NCBI GenBank assembly: GCA_951406725.2
Contig: OX597832.1
Span: forward strand, 53,258,001-53,322,000
Source: Octopus vulgaris
Lineage: Eukaryota
Reading direction: 5' to 3'
DNA length: 64,000 bases
The notes under the pieces were generated by a model. That model was not told the DNA's origin. It was given only the letters and a program-made list of their open reading frames with translations, and ran no database searches. Each line of letters begins with the position of its first letter. Position 1 is the stretch's first letter. Position numbers and translations under genes: made by a program. Below, one piece after another: positions 41,948-53,794 of the stretch.

Positions 41948-42358
41948 GGATCTTTTCGGTTTGACCGGCAGCTTTTAAAAATAATTTCCATGTAACTAAA
42001 CACTTTTAAACTTCGTATAATGGTAGAATGTGTTTATAAAACATCTTTTTCTCTTGGCTTTATTGAGAAAATTCTATAGTTTGTAAGATATTTGTTGTTT
42101 TTTTCCTTCAATTTCTGCAATTTCAACCAATCAATGACGTCTATTGAGGTGAAAACATTCTGTGCCGTATGAATATGTCCCTTGTTTAAGAAACAGATTG
42201 GGTTTATTTACATTTCTGAAGAAAAAAAGATATCCTTCCCCCTAACCCTAACCCTAAAACAGATTGAAATGCAATAGATCGATACTAGGGTCATAATTAT
42301 GGGTGACAATTTCATATGACACCGCTAGAAAAAGCTGCCGGTCAAAGTGAAAAGATCC
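41948..42358. mobile_element. Non-autonomous TIR element with internal (CCCTAA)3
   Basis: About 29-bp TIRs GGATCTTTTCGGTTTGACCGGCAGCTTTT / AAAAGCTGCCGGTCAAAGTGAAAAGATCC, flanks AAATATTT / AAATATTC. Confidence 0.85.
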
Positions 42359-42509
42359 AAATATTCTAACCCCAAAAATGTAGAAAACCCAGATTGCAAA
42401 CTTGAATTTGTTGCACAGACAAGTGGCAACTGTGAGAGAATATAAAGAAAATAAATGATCACAAATTAATAAATGTTTATATGTGTAGCTGTGTGGTAAG
42501 AAGTTTGCA

Positions 42510-42734
42510 ACGAGCTGGCAGAATCGTTTGCACACCGGGCGAAATGCTTCGCGTATTTCGTCTGCTATTACGTTCTGAGTTCAAATTCCGCTGAGGTTGA
42601 CTTTGCCTTTCATCCTTTCGGGGTCGATAAATTAAGTACCAGTTACGCACTGGGGTCGATGTAATTGACTTAATCCCTTTGTCTGTCCTTGTTTGTCCCC
42701 TCTATGTTTAGCCCCTTGTGGGCAATAAAGACAC
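42510..42734 (+). mobile_element. SINE family 3 nested in a family-1 SINE (other family-3 copies 46654-46887-, ~52910-53120-, ~59124-59335-, ~16150-16330-)
   Basis: GAGCTGGCAGAATCG...GAGTTCAAATTCC head, perfect 12-bp TSD AAGAAGTTTGCA (42498-42509, 42735-42746). The 46654 copy has TSD ATAGGTAGATT. Confidence 0.9.
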
Positions 42735-42957
42735 AAGAAGTTTGCATCGTAAGCACAAGGTCCCAGTTTCAGTCCTACTGTTTGGCATCTTGGGCAAGTG
42801 CCTTCTACTAAAGCCCCAAGCTGGCCAAAGCCTCGTGAGTGGCTCTAGCAGATAGAAATTGAAAGAAGCCCATTGTATATATGTGTGAGTATGTGTGAAT
42901 TCGCATGATTACACAAATTATTTTTAAAGATTTTATTTCTGTGTTTTTCTCTACTAG

Positions 42958-43022
42958 GGAACATCAACGGAGGCTGAGAGTTCATCGCAGTTATTACAGA
43001 CGGAAAGTTCCACCTTTGAGAG
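42958..43022 (+). CDS. WDR44: Plus-strand gene (probable WDR44) exon 3 (GTSTEAESSSQLLQTESSTFE-R)
   Basis: Acceptor gtttttctctactag, donor AG|gttcgt, 65 nt, phase 0 to 2, open frame with S/E/T-rich composition. Confidence 0.68.
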
Positions 43023-43870
43023 GTTCGTTAACTTCATATATTTTAGATAAATGCCATCATTAATTGGATTTTCAATATTCATTTGAATAATGATATACAA
43101 AAGGATCCCACATCCCTAGACTTTTGAGACTGTGGACACTTTATGTATCATCGATTGATCTCTGTATTTTCTTAATGTTATGTTGGATGATGGATCGTCT
43201 CTTTTACTCTTTTACTTGTTTCAGTCATTTGACTGCGGCCATGCTGGAGCACCGCCTTTAGTCGAGCAAATCGGCCCCAGAACTTATTCTTTTGAAGCCT
43301 AGTACTATTTTATCGGTGCCTTAAACACACCACCATCGGTTGTCAAGCGATGTTGGGGGGACAAACACAGATACACAAACATATACACACACATACCTGT
43401 ATGTATATATATATATACATATACATATATATATACAACGGGCTTCTTTCAGTTTCCGTCTACCATATCCACTCACAAGACTTTGGTCGGCCCGAGGCTA
43501 TAGTAGAAGACACTTGCCCAAGGTGCCTTGCAGTGGGACTGAACCCGGAACCATGTGGTTGGTAAGCAAGCTACTTACCACACAGCCGCTCCTGCACCTA
43601 TGTCTGTTGATAATGAGTGAGATACTTTATTTCATGTTGCTCCAGTCCACTCAGCTGGCAAAAATGAGTTGTACCTGTAATTTAAAGGGCCAACCTTGTC
43701 ACATTCTATGTATGACGTTGAATCTCCCTGAGAACTACATTAAGAGCACTCGTGTCTGTGAAGTGCTCAGCCTCTTACATGTAACTTTCACACGCAGGCT
43801 GTTCTGTTGAACAGATCAACTGGAACCCTCATTGTAACAATGGCGTGCTAGTATATATACATATACATAC

Positions 43871-43928
<58 letters not shown>

Positions 43929-43931
43929 AAT

Positions 43932-44510
43932 ATCATCATCGTTTAGCATCCGCTTTCCATGCTAGTATGGGTTGGATGGTTCAACTGGGGTCTGGGAAGC
44001 CTGGAGGCTGCACCAGGCCCAGTCTGATCTGGTAGTGTTTCGACAGCTGGATGCTCTTCCTAACGCCAACCACTCTGTGAGTGTAGTGGGTGCTTTTTAC
44101 GTGCCACTGGCACGGAGTCCAGTCGGGGTGGGACTGGCAACGGCCACATTTGGATGGTTCTCTTACATGCCACCGGCACTGGTATCACAGCTACAATTTC
44201 CATTGATGTTGATCGATTTTGATTTTGATTTTGATTTTCACTTGCCTCAACAGGTCTTCACAAGTAGAGTTTTGTGTCCCAAGAAGGAAAGGTATGCATA
44301 AGAGGCCACAGGTTATGGTCTCACTTGTCCTGCCGGGTCTTCTCACGCACAGCATACTTCCAAAGGTCTCGGTCTCTAGTCATTTCCTCGGTGAGACCTA
44401 AAGTTTGAAGGTCGTGCTTCACCACCTCGTCCCAGGTTTTCCTGGGTCTACCTCTTCCACAGGTTCCCTCAACCGCTAGGGTGTGGCACTTTTTCACACA
44501 ACTATCTTCA
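43932..44510 (-). mobile_element. RTE-clade LINE 3' end with (GAT)n tail
   Basis: EDSCVKKCHTLAVEGTCGRGRPRKTWDEVVKHDL...DRDLWKYAVREKTR, then a 3' UTR ending ...ATGGAAAGCGGATGCTAAACGATGATGA. Related pieces at ~37071-37380(+), 47880-48150(+), 51968-52460(+), 53795-54435(+), 17885-18055(-), 31800-32180(-), 59357-59560(-), 480-750(+), 18810-18970(+) and 45905-46095(+). Confidence 0.88.
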
Positions 44511-44860
44511 TATATATATATAATTAAATAACGAGGGTAGAAATTGATATCAATCAATTAACATCAATTTAAACCAATGGTCTAGCATATTCAAAAAAAT
44601 CCAAAGAATTAAAAATCATATAACAATTAATAAGAGGAATGACCACGGAAGTGGATTCCTATATGCTAAAGATAGAGGTCAAATCACCTTACCACGAAGA
44701 GTGTGCTCTCAAGAAAAAAAATTTACAGCAAACGCCAGAATGTAAAAATAAGCAAGACAAATGAAAATATACGAAATAAAACAATTAGCTACATATCATG
44801 ACTTCGTTATTAACACTTTGCAAGTGTTAATCCACTTTAGTGGTCATTCCTCTTATTAAT

Positions 44861-44912
<52 letters not shown>

Positions 44913-47585
44913 GAACATGGCTCAGTTGTTAGAGTGTCAGGCTCACAGTCATGAGGTAGTGAGTTCAATTCCAGGATTGGGCTGTGTATTGTGTTCTTGA
45001 GCAAGACACTTTATTTCACATTGCTCCAGTTCGCTCAACTGTAGAAATGAGTTATAGTACCACTGGTGCCAAGCTGTATTGGCCCCTTTGCCTTTCTCTT
45101 GGATAACATCAATTGCCTGGAGAGGGGAGGCTGATCTTCCACAAACAACCTTTCCCAGACTTGTACCTTGGAGGGTAACTTTGTACTAAGTGCAACTCCA
45201 TGGTCATTCATAACCGAAGGGGGTCTTTACCCCGATATATATATATAGGTAACTCAATCCAAGTGTGAGAAGTTAGTAAAGTTTGAGCATTTATGCAGCT
45301 AATACAGATGACAAAAAGTGGACAGTGTATGATGAAACATGTTTATTAATATGGTAAGTTACACACTTCATCCTATATTGAAATTAAGAATAAATTTCAA
45401 TAAGCTAACTGAAGTTGCTAAAAGTGCTAATAAAATCAGAAAAGAAAGGAATGAAACTGGTAACACATGGACTACGAGTGTTTCATAGCAGAGGGATGCT
45501 TGTTATATAAGTTGTAACACACAAAACCAGCTTAGCTAATCTTCAGGTGCTATTACCTCTACATTGTTTATATTGTTAGGTTACCCTATTTTCTTCACTG
45601 CCCCTACACTGAGCTGATATCCTTTACACTCAACTCGTTCCCTATCCCTTATCATCTGTTACTCTACTTTCACTCAGTGCATTTACTTATTCATTTCTCC
45701 CCCTCTTCTGTAATAGTCTGTCTCATACTCACATTGTACCTGGACCTCACATCTCTTTCTTCGTCTCTCTCTCTCTCTCTCTCCAGGTGGGCAAGCCATG
45801 CATTCACCACTTTAGTAAAACACCTGCTTCTCGTCTCTATCATAGTTCATTATTCCTTGTGCCTGTATCCTTCTCAGTTGTGGGTACTTGATGACATTAT
45901 CAGTGCTTGTGCTACATAAAAAGCACCCAATATGCTCTTTTGAGTGGTTAGCATTAGGAAGGGCATCCAGCTGTAGAACCCATACCAAAACCAGACAAAG
46001 AACCTGGCAGAGCCCTCTGGCTCATCTGTTCTTGTCAAACCATCCAACCCTTGCCAGCACAGAAAAAAGAATGTTAAATGACAATGATGACGGTGTTATA
46101 TATTTAGGCATGGCAGTTGGTTAAGAATAGGTGCAGGAGTGGCTGTGTGATTAAGAAACTTGCTTCACAATTACGTGGTCCTGGGTTCAGTCCCAATGCG
46201 TGTCACCTAGGGCAAGTGTTTTACTCTAGCCCAGAACCAACCAAATCTTTGTGAATGGATTTGTTTGATGAAATACTGAGAGAAGCCCATGTGTGTGTGT
46301 GTATGTGTGTCCGTGTTTGTATGTACTCTTGTCTAGACATTGCATGATGGTTTTAGATGAGCAGTATTGTCATACAAGCAAGTTTGTTCATTTCCAGCCC
46401 TCTGTCAAAAACATGCCATGGCATGGAGAAATAACTCCCTTGCTTAGAAGCAGTTGAGGGTTGATGACAGGAAGGGCACCCAGCCATAGAAAATATGCAT
46501 CGAAGCATAGAAAAGTGGATGTTTATTAGAAGAAAAAGATGATGATGTAGTAGTAGTAGTAGTAGTAGTAGTATATGAAATAGGACACAGCAGTAATTTG
46601 CAGTAATTAGTTAAATAAAGTAATAGAAATCTTCATATTTAGATAGGTAGATTTGTTTCTCTATTACCCACAAGGGGTTAAACATAGAGGGGACAAACAA
46701 GGACAGACAAAGGGATTAAGTTTATTACAACGACCGCAGTGCGTAACTGGTACTTAATTTATCAACCCTGAAAGGATGAAAGGCAAAGTCGACCTTGGAA
46801 GAATTTGAACTCAGAATGTAACGGCAGACGAAATACGGCTACGCATTTTGCCCGGCGTTTTAACGATTCTGCCAGCTCACCACCTTAATAGGTAGATTGT
46901 CTGACCCAAACAAGCATGGAAAAAGTAGGCGTTGAAGCAATGATGATGATGTTGATGACTGTCAATGGAAAAGGTATCAGAGAAAATACAGCATTCATAT
47001 CTTCTTCCTTTGTTCTCTCTTTAGCCTTTCGGTCTTACCACAACTTATAACTTGCTGGAACATTCAACATCAAGCAAGGACGAGATTCTGTGCATGTATA
47101 AAAAGAGATTTTTTATCTCAGACAATTGCGCAACATCATGTCTTCTAACGATACATTTAGTATGATACGCAGATAGCAATTTTAACTTAATGCTGTTTCA
47201 GTTGCATATACCAATTTTTTTTTTTTTTTCTACAACTTGGCAAACTTCCACAATACAGGTGAATGTTTTATTTACTGCTTTCTATATACTGGAGCACAAA
47301 TTTCATTTAAGCAGTTAACAATTGAGTACATGGCATTGACAATCCTCGAGAAAGGTGAAACACATCTGTTGTTCTCATGATTCACTGCAGCAACGGTGTT
47401 CGTCTCACTCTTGTATATATATTGCTTTAACACAACAAATCTTTGAAGATATCTTATCCCCAGACATTTCCACAGCACCATGCTTTCTAACAGTTTGTAA
47501 ACACAGACAAATAGATGTGTGTGTGTGTATATTTTTTTTTTTTTTCTTTCTAGTTTCAGCTCAGAGCTGCGGCCATGCTGATGCT

Positions 47586-47840
47586 ATACTTTATTATTAA
47601 AACTGTAAAAACATCACAAAAATAGCACAAAAAACTCCTACTCAGCATTTCACATTCCCGTTCATCAGGCAGTTATTGCCCAATAAATGGGAACGTGAAA
47701 CTCTGAGTAGCAGCTTTTTTTTTTGTGGTATTTTTGTGATGTTTTTGCAGCTTTAATAATAGAGTATATTACTCTATCTCTGGTATCCGAGTACTATTTT
47801 TTCCCACCTTGTTTCACATTTATGTGCTTACTCAGGTATC
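47586..47840. mobile_element. Penelope-like remnant forming an inverted repeat (related copy ~19782-19945)
   Basis: About 90-bp inverted arms (47586-47672 / 47676-47767), each with a hammerhead-like core. The tail (tattactcta..ctggtat..gagtact...ccaccttgtttcacatttatgtg) is shared with 19875-19940. Confidence 0.6.
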
Positions 47841-48257
47841 ATGTATATATGTAATGTATGTATGTGTGTGTATAGCCAGTACCGCATTGACTGGCCTCCG
47901 TGCCGGTGGCACGTAAAAAAAACCATCCGAGCATGGCCGTTCGCCAGCCTCGTCTGGCACCTGTGTCGGTGGCACATAAAATCACCCACTACACTCTCGG
48001 AGTGGTTGGCATTAGGAAGGGCATCCAGCTGTAGAAACACTGCCAGATCTGACTGGCCTGGTGCAGCCTTCGGGCTTCCCAGACCCCAGTTGAACCGTCC
48101 AGCCCATGCTAGCATGGAAAGCGGACGTTAAACGATGATGATGATGATGATATGTTGTCTTACCATTTTTATCAATATATATATATAATATATAATGTTT
48201 ATATGTACATGTATGCGTATATACATGTATGCGTATATGCATGTGTATATATAAATA

Positions 48258-48288
<31 letters not shown>

Positions 48289-48644
48289 GGTGGTGCTCCA
48301 GTATGATCTTTTAGTTGAAAGACACTTGTTGTTATTCTTGTTGTTTGCATTAGTAATTGTGTAACATTTTCTCTGTTTTCTCTTTTTTTTTGTCCACCTT
48401 GTTGCGCATATTCACTTGCTTTCTTCCAAGAATTTAATGCCCTTAGCTTAGATTTTCGTGGCCTACCAATTTTGAACAGTCTCAAGTCTTAACAGGCTAA
48501 AACTGTAATGATGATTGTAAACTTGACTGAAGAATAGAAAGCCATGAATGTTCCATCCTGGTCTTCTTATCCATCTTCATATCATCCTTATATCTATATT
48601 TTCATTGTCGTCCGTTACGTTCTTGTTCGTTTTTTTAAATTTAT

Positions 48645-48676
<32 letters not shown>

Positions 48677-49399
48677 CATCATCATCGTTTAACGTCCGCT
48701 TTCCATGCTAGCATGGGTTGGACGGTTCAACTGGGGTCCCTTTCAACATTGTTAGACACATACATTTGAAAGTATGTCAGGACTTTCAGAATGGCACATC
48801 AACAGGTAGTGTGAACTGCTTGATGATAAACCTCGTCTCATGTGGCCCTACTTCTTGTAAAAGGTTTCCCATGCTTCCATGCCTGCTCTAGAACTCATAC
48901 ATTATCTCTGTCATTGTTTAACCTCAAATCATTCCAGCCATGCCCACATCTTGTCTTTTTGTATATCCAGAACTATTTTGTCCAATTCAATTTTTTTCAC
49001 AATAAAAGAACATAATTCGAAGTACATTTGACTGCTTTTTGTAGTAAGTCAAGCAACCATCTGATGGAAAGTTGCAAAAATGAATAACTATTGGAAATCT
49101 GCTTTGCAAATCTTGGTCAGGTTTCACATTCTACATTTATATTATAATAAAGAAAGCTGCTTTATTAATTAGTTATGATGTAACTTTTACTAATAGTAAG
49201 CAATTATAAAAGTCTTCACTGTCTAGAAAATTTTTATAAATTTCAATTTTAGTGTATTTTTAGCAAAATGTGATTTTCAAGTTTCTTTTATTACTGAAGA
49301 TTTCACATACATACTAATCAGAAAACACATTTTTAATCGGTTACATGCATTTTTAATGTCTAACATTTGTATTTCTTTGGAATACAAGTTTTAGACATA

Positions 49400-49961
49400 G
49401 AATTAATGATATCCCAGTGCAATTAGTAATGAAACTAGCAATATCCCAGTGCAGTTAGTAATGGAACTAACAATATCCAAGTGCAATTAATAATGGAACT
49501 AACAACATCCCAGTGCAGTTAATAATGGAACTAATGATATCCCATTGCAATTAATAATGAAACTAACAGTATCCCAGTGCAATTAGTAATGAAACTAGCA
49601 ATATCCCAATGCAGTTAGTAATGGAGCTAATAATATCCAAGTGCAATTAATAATGGAACTAACAACATCCCAGTGCAGTTAATAATGGAACTAATGATAT
49701 CCTATTGCAATTAATAATGAAACTAACAGTATCCCAGTGCTATTAGTAATGAAACTAGCAATATCCCAATGCAGTTAGTAATGGAACTAACAATATCCAA
49801 GTGCAATTAATAATGGAACTAATGATATCTCAATGCAATTAATAATGAAGCTAGCAGTATCCCAGTGCAATTAGTAATGGAATTAATGATATCCCAGCAC
49901 AATCAATAATGAAAGTAATGATATCCCAGTGCAATTAGTAATGCAATTAACGATATCCCAG
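49400..49961. repeat. 32-bp minisatellite, about 17.5 units
   Basis: ATATCCCAGTGCAATTAGTAATGGAACTAAC(A) recurs every 32 nt from 49409 to 49953. Confidence 0.97.
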
Positions 49962-52900
49962 GGTAATTTGGCAAGTGGTAATCAGTAATATATCTGAAGA
50001 GCCTTGGTAGGATATAAATAACAGTTACACAAAGTGTGAAAACTGGCAGAAATGCAGGGTTTTGCATGAACCAAATGTGAAAAAGTAATCAGCTACAAGA
50101 TGTAATTAGCAACAAGAGGAAATTAGCAACAAACACTCTCATAAGTTGGATTTCATGGACTGCTTCAATTGTTTGCTAGAAAATACAGTTCCTGCCATCT
50201 TGAGGACAAATTTATTGTTGCAAAGTAAATTGCCAGAACAAGAAATTGGTACTAAAATTCCATGGAATTGTTGCTTTTGTTGGTAAGAAAAGAGTTTCTA
50301 TTCCAGTGTAAATGGAAATAGTCAAGAAATTTGATGTTGCACAGTGAAATCTGATTGCAGATTTGCAGAAACTGGTGTGAATACAACCTGTTGGATATGA
50401 AATGGTATTTTGCATGACAGGTGCAAATGTGAGTTTAGAAAGAAATGAGTCATTGAAAACACAAATGATCTGCATTATAAGTGAGGTGGGTTTACCTATA
50501 TGAACATATGTTGGACTGTAGCTGTTACTAAGTAATAAAGAAATGAATAACTGGATGTGCTTATAAGGTGGCAAGGGTGGGAACAGAAAGCAGAGCAGCA
50601 CCAGATGTTGTCCATCACATGAGATGATGCAAGATAAAAACGAATGGGGATATTAGAGATTGTAAGTCTGTGGTGGAAGCACATGGCTTAGTGGTTAGGG
50701 TGTTGGACTCGTGATTATAGGATAGTGGCTTCAGTTCTTGGACTGGGTGGTGTGTTGTGTTCTTGAGCAAAACACTTCATTTCTCGTTGCTCCAGTCCAC
50801 TCAGCTGGCAAAAATTAGTAATCTTGTGATGGACCAGCATCTGATCTAGGTGGGGAATATATACCTCATGAAACCTGGAAACCAGCCCTTATGAGTCAGC
50901 ATGCCTCGAGCAGGTAACCTCTACCTATACTGTGACTCTGTCCAAGAGCTAGAGTATGGAGTACTTGTCAGACTTGTAGAAATAGTCATTAAAATGACGA
51001 CGATGATGATGATGATGGTCTCATCGCATCAGCTTCTTCATTACACCAATTTCCTCCCACAGGCTTCACCAAGTCACCTTCAAAATAAAACAAAAGTGGA
51101 GCTCTCTCTTTATTTTGGTGAAGGGCAAAAATAATGGCAGAAGACATTATTCACCATCAGCATCATCATCATCATCATCACCATCATCACTGTGTTTCAG
51201 GACATAGATATCACGGCATCCACAAAGAAATTGGCATGTGATTAAACCTGAGGAATGTAAGAAAAACAGACAGACAGTAATTTCAATTATATAAGCACTA
51301 ACTCTCTTCAAAGTCCTACCAAAAACCACATGTCTTAATTATGTTACTTAAGCCCACACCTAAATACCATTTATAGATGTTTAAATTCAAAATATCCCAT
51401 CAAAATTACTACAAGGCAACATGATAGCATCCTAGCTGAAACCTTTTATAAAAAACTGAATTACCCCACCTACATATATTACCAATTTAATTACAACAAT
51501 TCTTTGATGGGCATTAGGTTTTACATAAAACCACACAAACAATTGGTGAACATTCCTCACACCACCTACACCTAATTATCTCAATATACTCACATGTCAG
51601 TAAAGCAAGCAAGATTTCCTTTTTTTTTCTTCCTTTTTCTCTCTCTTTTTTTTTGTATCATATTCATTTTACTGGGCTGTCATGAGTGGAATGCCTTTTT
51701 TTTTTTTTTTTTGCTAAAGCAATAGTTGTGAGAGCTTAATGTCTTTGCTATTGCCAAGTACTGAATCCTTAAATCCTTAAAAATCCTTTAAAATGTTTTA
51801 GCCTGAAGGCCACGGCCATGCTGGGGCACTACCGCTGAGTAGGAACCTGTTGTTTAATGTCTAGAAGCTGAGCTCCAATGAGTATAGACCTGTGCCTTAC
51901 AGGGAACAAGACACAAAAGCTGTAGTAGTAGTAGCAGCAGTAACTATATTAAACTGTACAGCCATGTAATGCATATGAACAAAGACAGTTGCATCAAGAG
52001 ATGCCGATCTCTAATTGTACAGGGAACATGTGGAAGGGGTAGACCCCGGGATCAAATGGTGAGAATGGATCTACAGATGTTGGGACTCAGAGAGTATAAC
52101 AGGGGTCTAACATACCTGGCAGATTGCTGTGCTCGAGAAGATATGTCAAGCTAAGTAAAAGCGTGGTTGTCTTTGCATACAGGCTTGTCCCTTGCAATCC
52201 TCTCCAACTGAGCATCCCTAATCTTGCTGGCCTGTAAGTGCTGGTGACCCATAAAATGCACCCATGCCAGTGCTGTGTAAAAGCCCCCAGTACACTCTGT
52301 AAAGTGGTTGGCATTAGGAAGGGCATCCAGCTGTAAAAAGCATGCCAAAACAGACATGGAGCCTGAACAGCCCTTCAGCTGGTCAACTGTTGAGCCATCC
52401 AACACATCCCATTATGGAAAATGGGCATTAAATGATGACGATGACGACGATGATGATGTACCTCTCAGGAGCATTAACTACAACTACATCAAAAGATTGC
52501 AGAGTAAATTTCAATAAATTCTGGATTACCTTACTTGGAAATAGATGAGGGTTGGAAAACTGATGGGCATCTGGCTATAGAAAGTCTGCATCAACAGCTT
52601 CTGTCCAACTCATATAAGTATGGAAAAGTGGACATTAAAATTATGTTGATAATTAAAACCAAAGGTGTCGAATATGAAATGCTTCAGAAACCTCTTGGGT
52701 AAGAAATAGAAAAGTTGAGTATTGAATAAAGTGATTCTCGCCCTGTCCTGACAAACTGACAGAGATAATATGTACATTGGTTTGGATTAAAGAATCTAAT
52801 CTGAAGCAAACTCAACTCTGGTTTGTGGTAATAATATTTTATGATGATAAACTTTTCTACTATAAGCGCAAGGCCTGAATACAAGAGGAGGGGGCTAGGC

Positions 52901-53794
52901 AATTACATTGGTTTCAAATTTTGGTACAAGGCCAGCAATTTCAGGGGAGAGGATAAGTCGATTACATGGACCCCAGCGCTCAACTGGTACTTGTTTCATT
53001 GGCCCTGAAAGGATGAAAGGCAAAGATGACCATGGCAGAATTTGAACTAAGAATGTAAAGGTAGATGTAATTCCTCAAAGCGTTTTGTCTGGGGTGCTAA
53101 AGACTGTTAGCTCACCTCCTTAGTAGTAGCAGTAGTAGTAGTAGTAGTAGTAGTAGTAATAATAATAATAATAATGATTTCAAATAATAATAATAGCAAT
53201 AACAAATCTGTACCAAACAATGAAAATAAATTTTGTTTGAAGACTGGTGAAAGACATTACTTTAACTGGTTCAATATGAATATGTGTGCATATATACATA
53301 CATAGAGTAAGTGCTATACTTGGTCATCTGTTAGGTTCCAAGTACTCAGCTGAGGCTGGAGCTAGGGATGCATGTTAGGCTTCTGAGTTTGCAGGTATAT
53401 ATTATATTAGAGGTAAAAAAGACTACAGAAACCAAGGCAGGACAAATATCTCAAGTCATTTATAATAATTTAATTAGGGTAAGGTGAATTTGAAGTCTTG
53501 AAATTCACCTTACCCTAATTAAATATTCTAAATCACTTGAGATACTCGTCCTGCCTTGGTTTTTGTCCTTTTTCCTCTAATATAATATAATATGTATGTG
53601 TATGTGTGTATATATATATAATAATTATTTGAGGGAATATTATTCCGAACTTACAAGGAAAAAATTAAATTTAGAAATACTAAATCAAATTTCACAAAAT
53701 ATAATGTATGTATAAAAATTAGAAAAATGTGTAATTTAATTGTTCATTTTGAATTGATAAAAGGTGGTTTTTTTCTAATTTTGATATATATAAA

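Noticed and set aside
47025-47110. Possible extra plus-strand exon after a pyrimidine-rich TTAG
   Set aside because: No convincing donor site and no recognisable peptide. Exons 3 and 4 already join in phase.
49400-49961. CRISPR-like regular 32-bp repeats
   Set aside because: The units are contiguous with no unique spacers, there are no cas genes, and the context is a eukaryotic intron.
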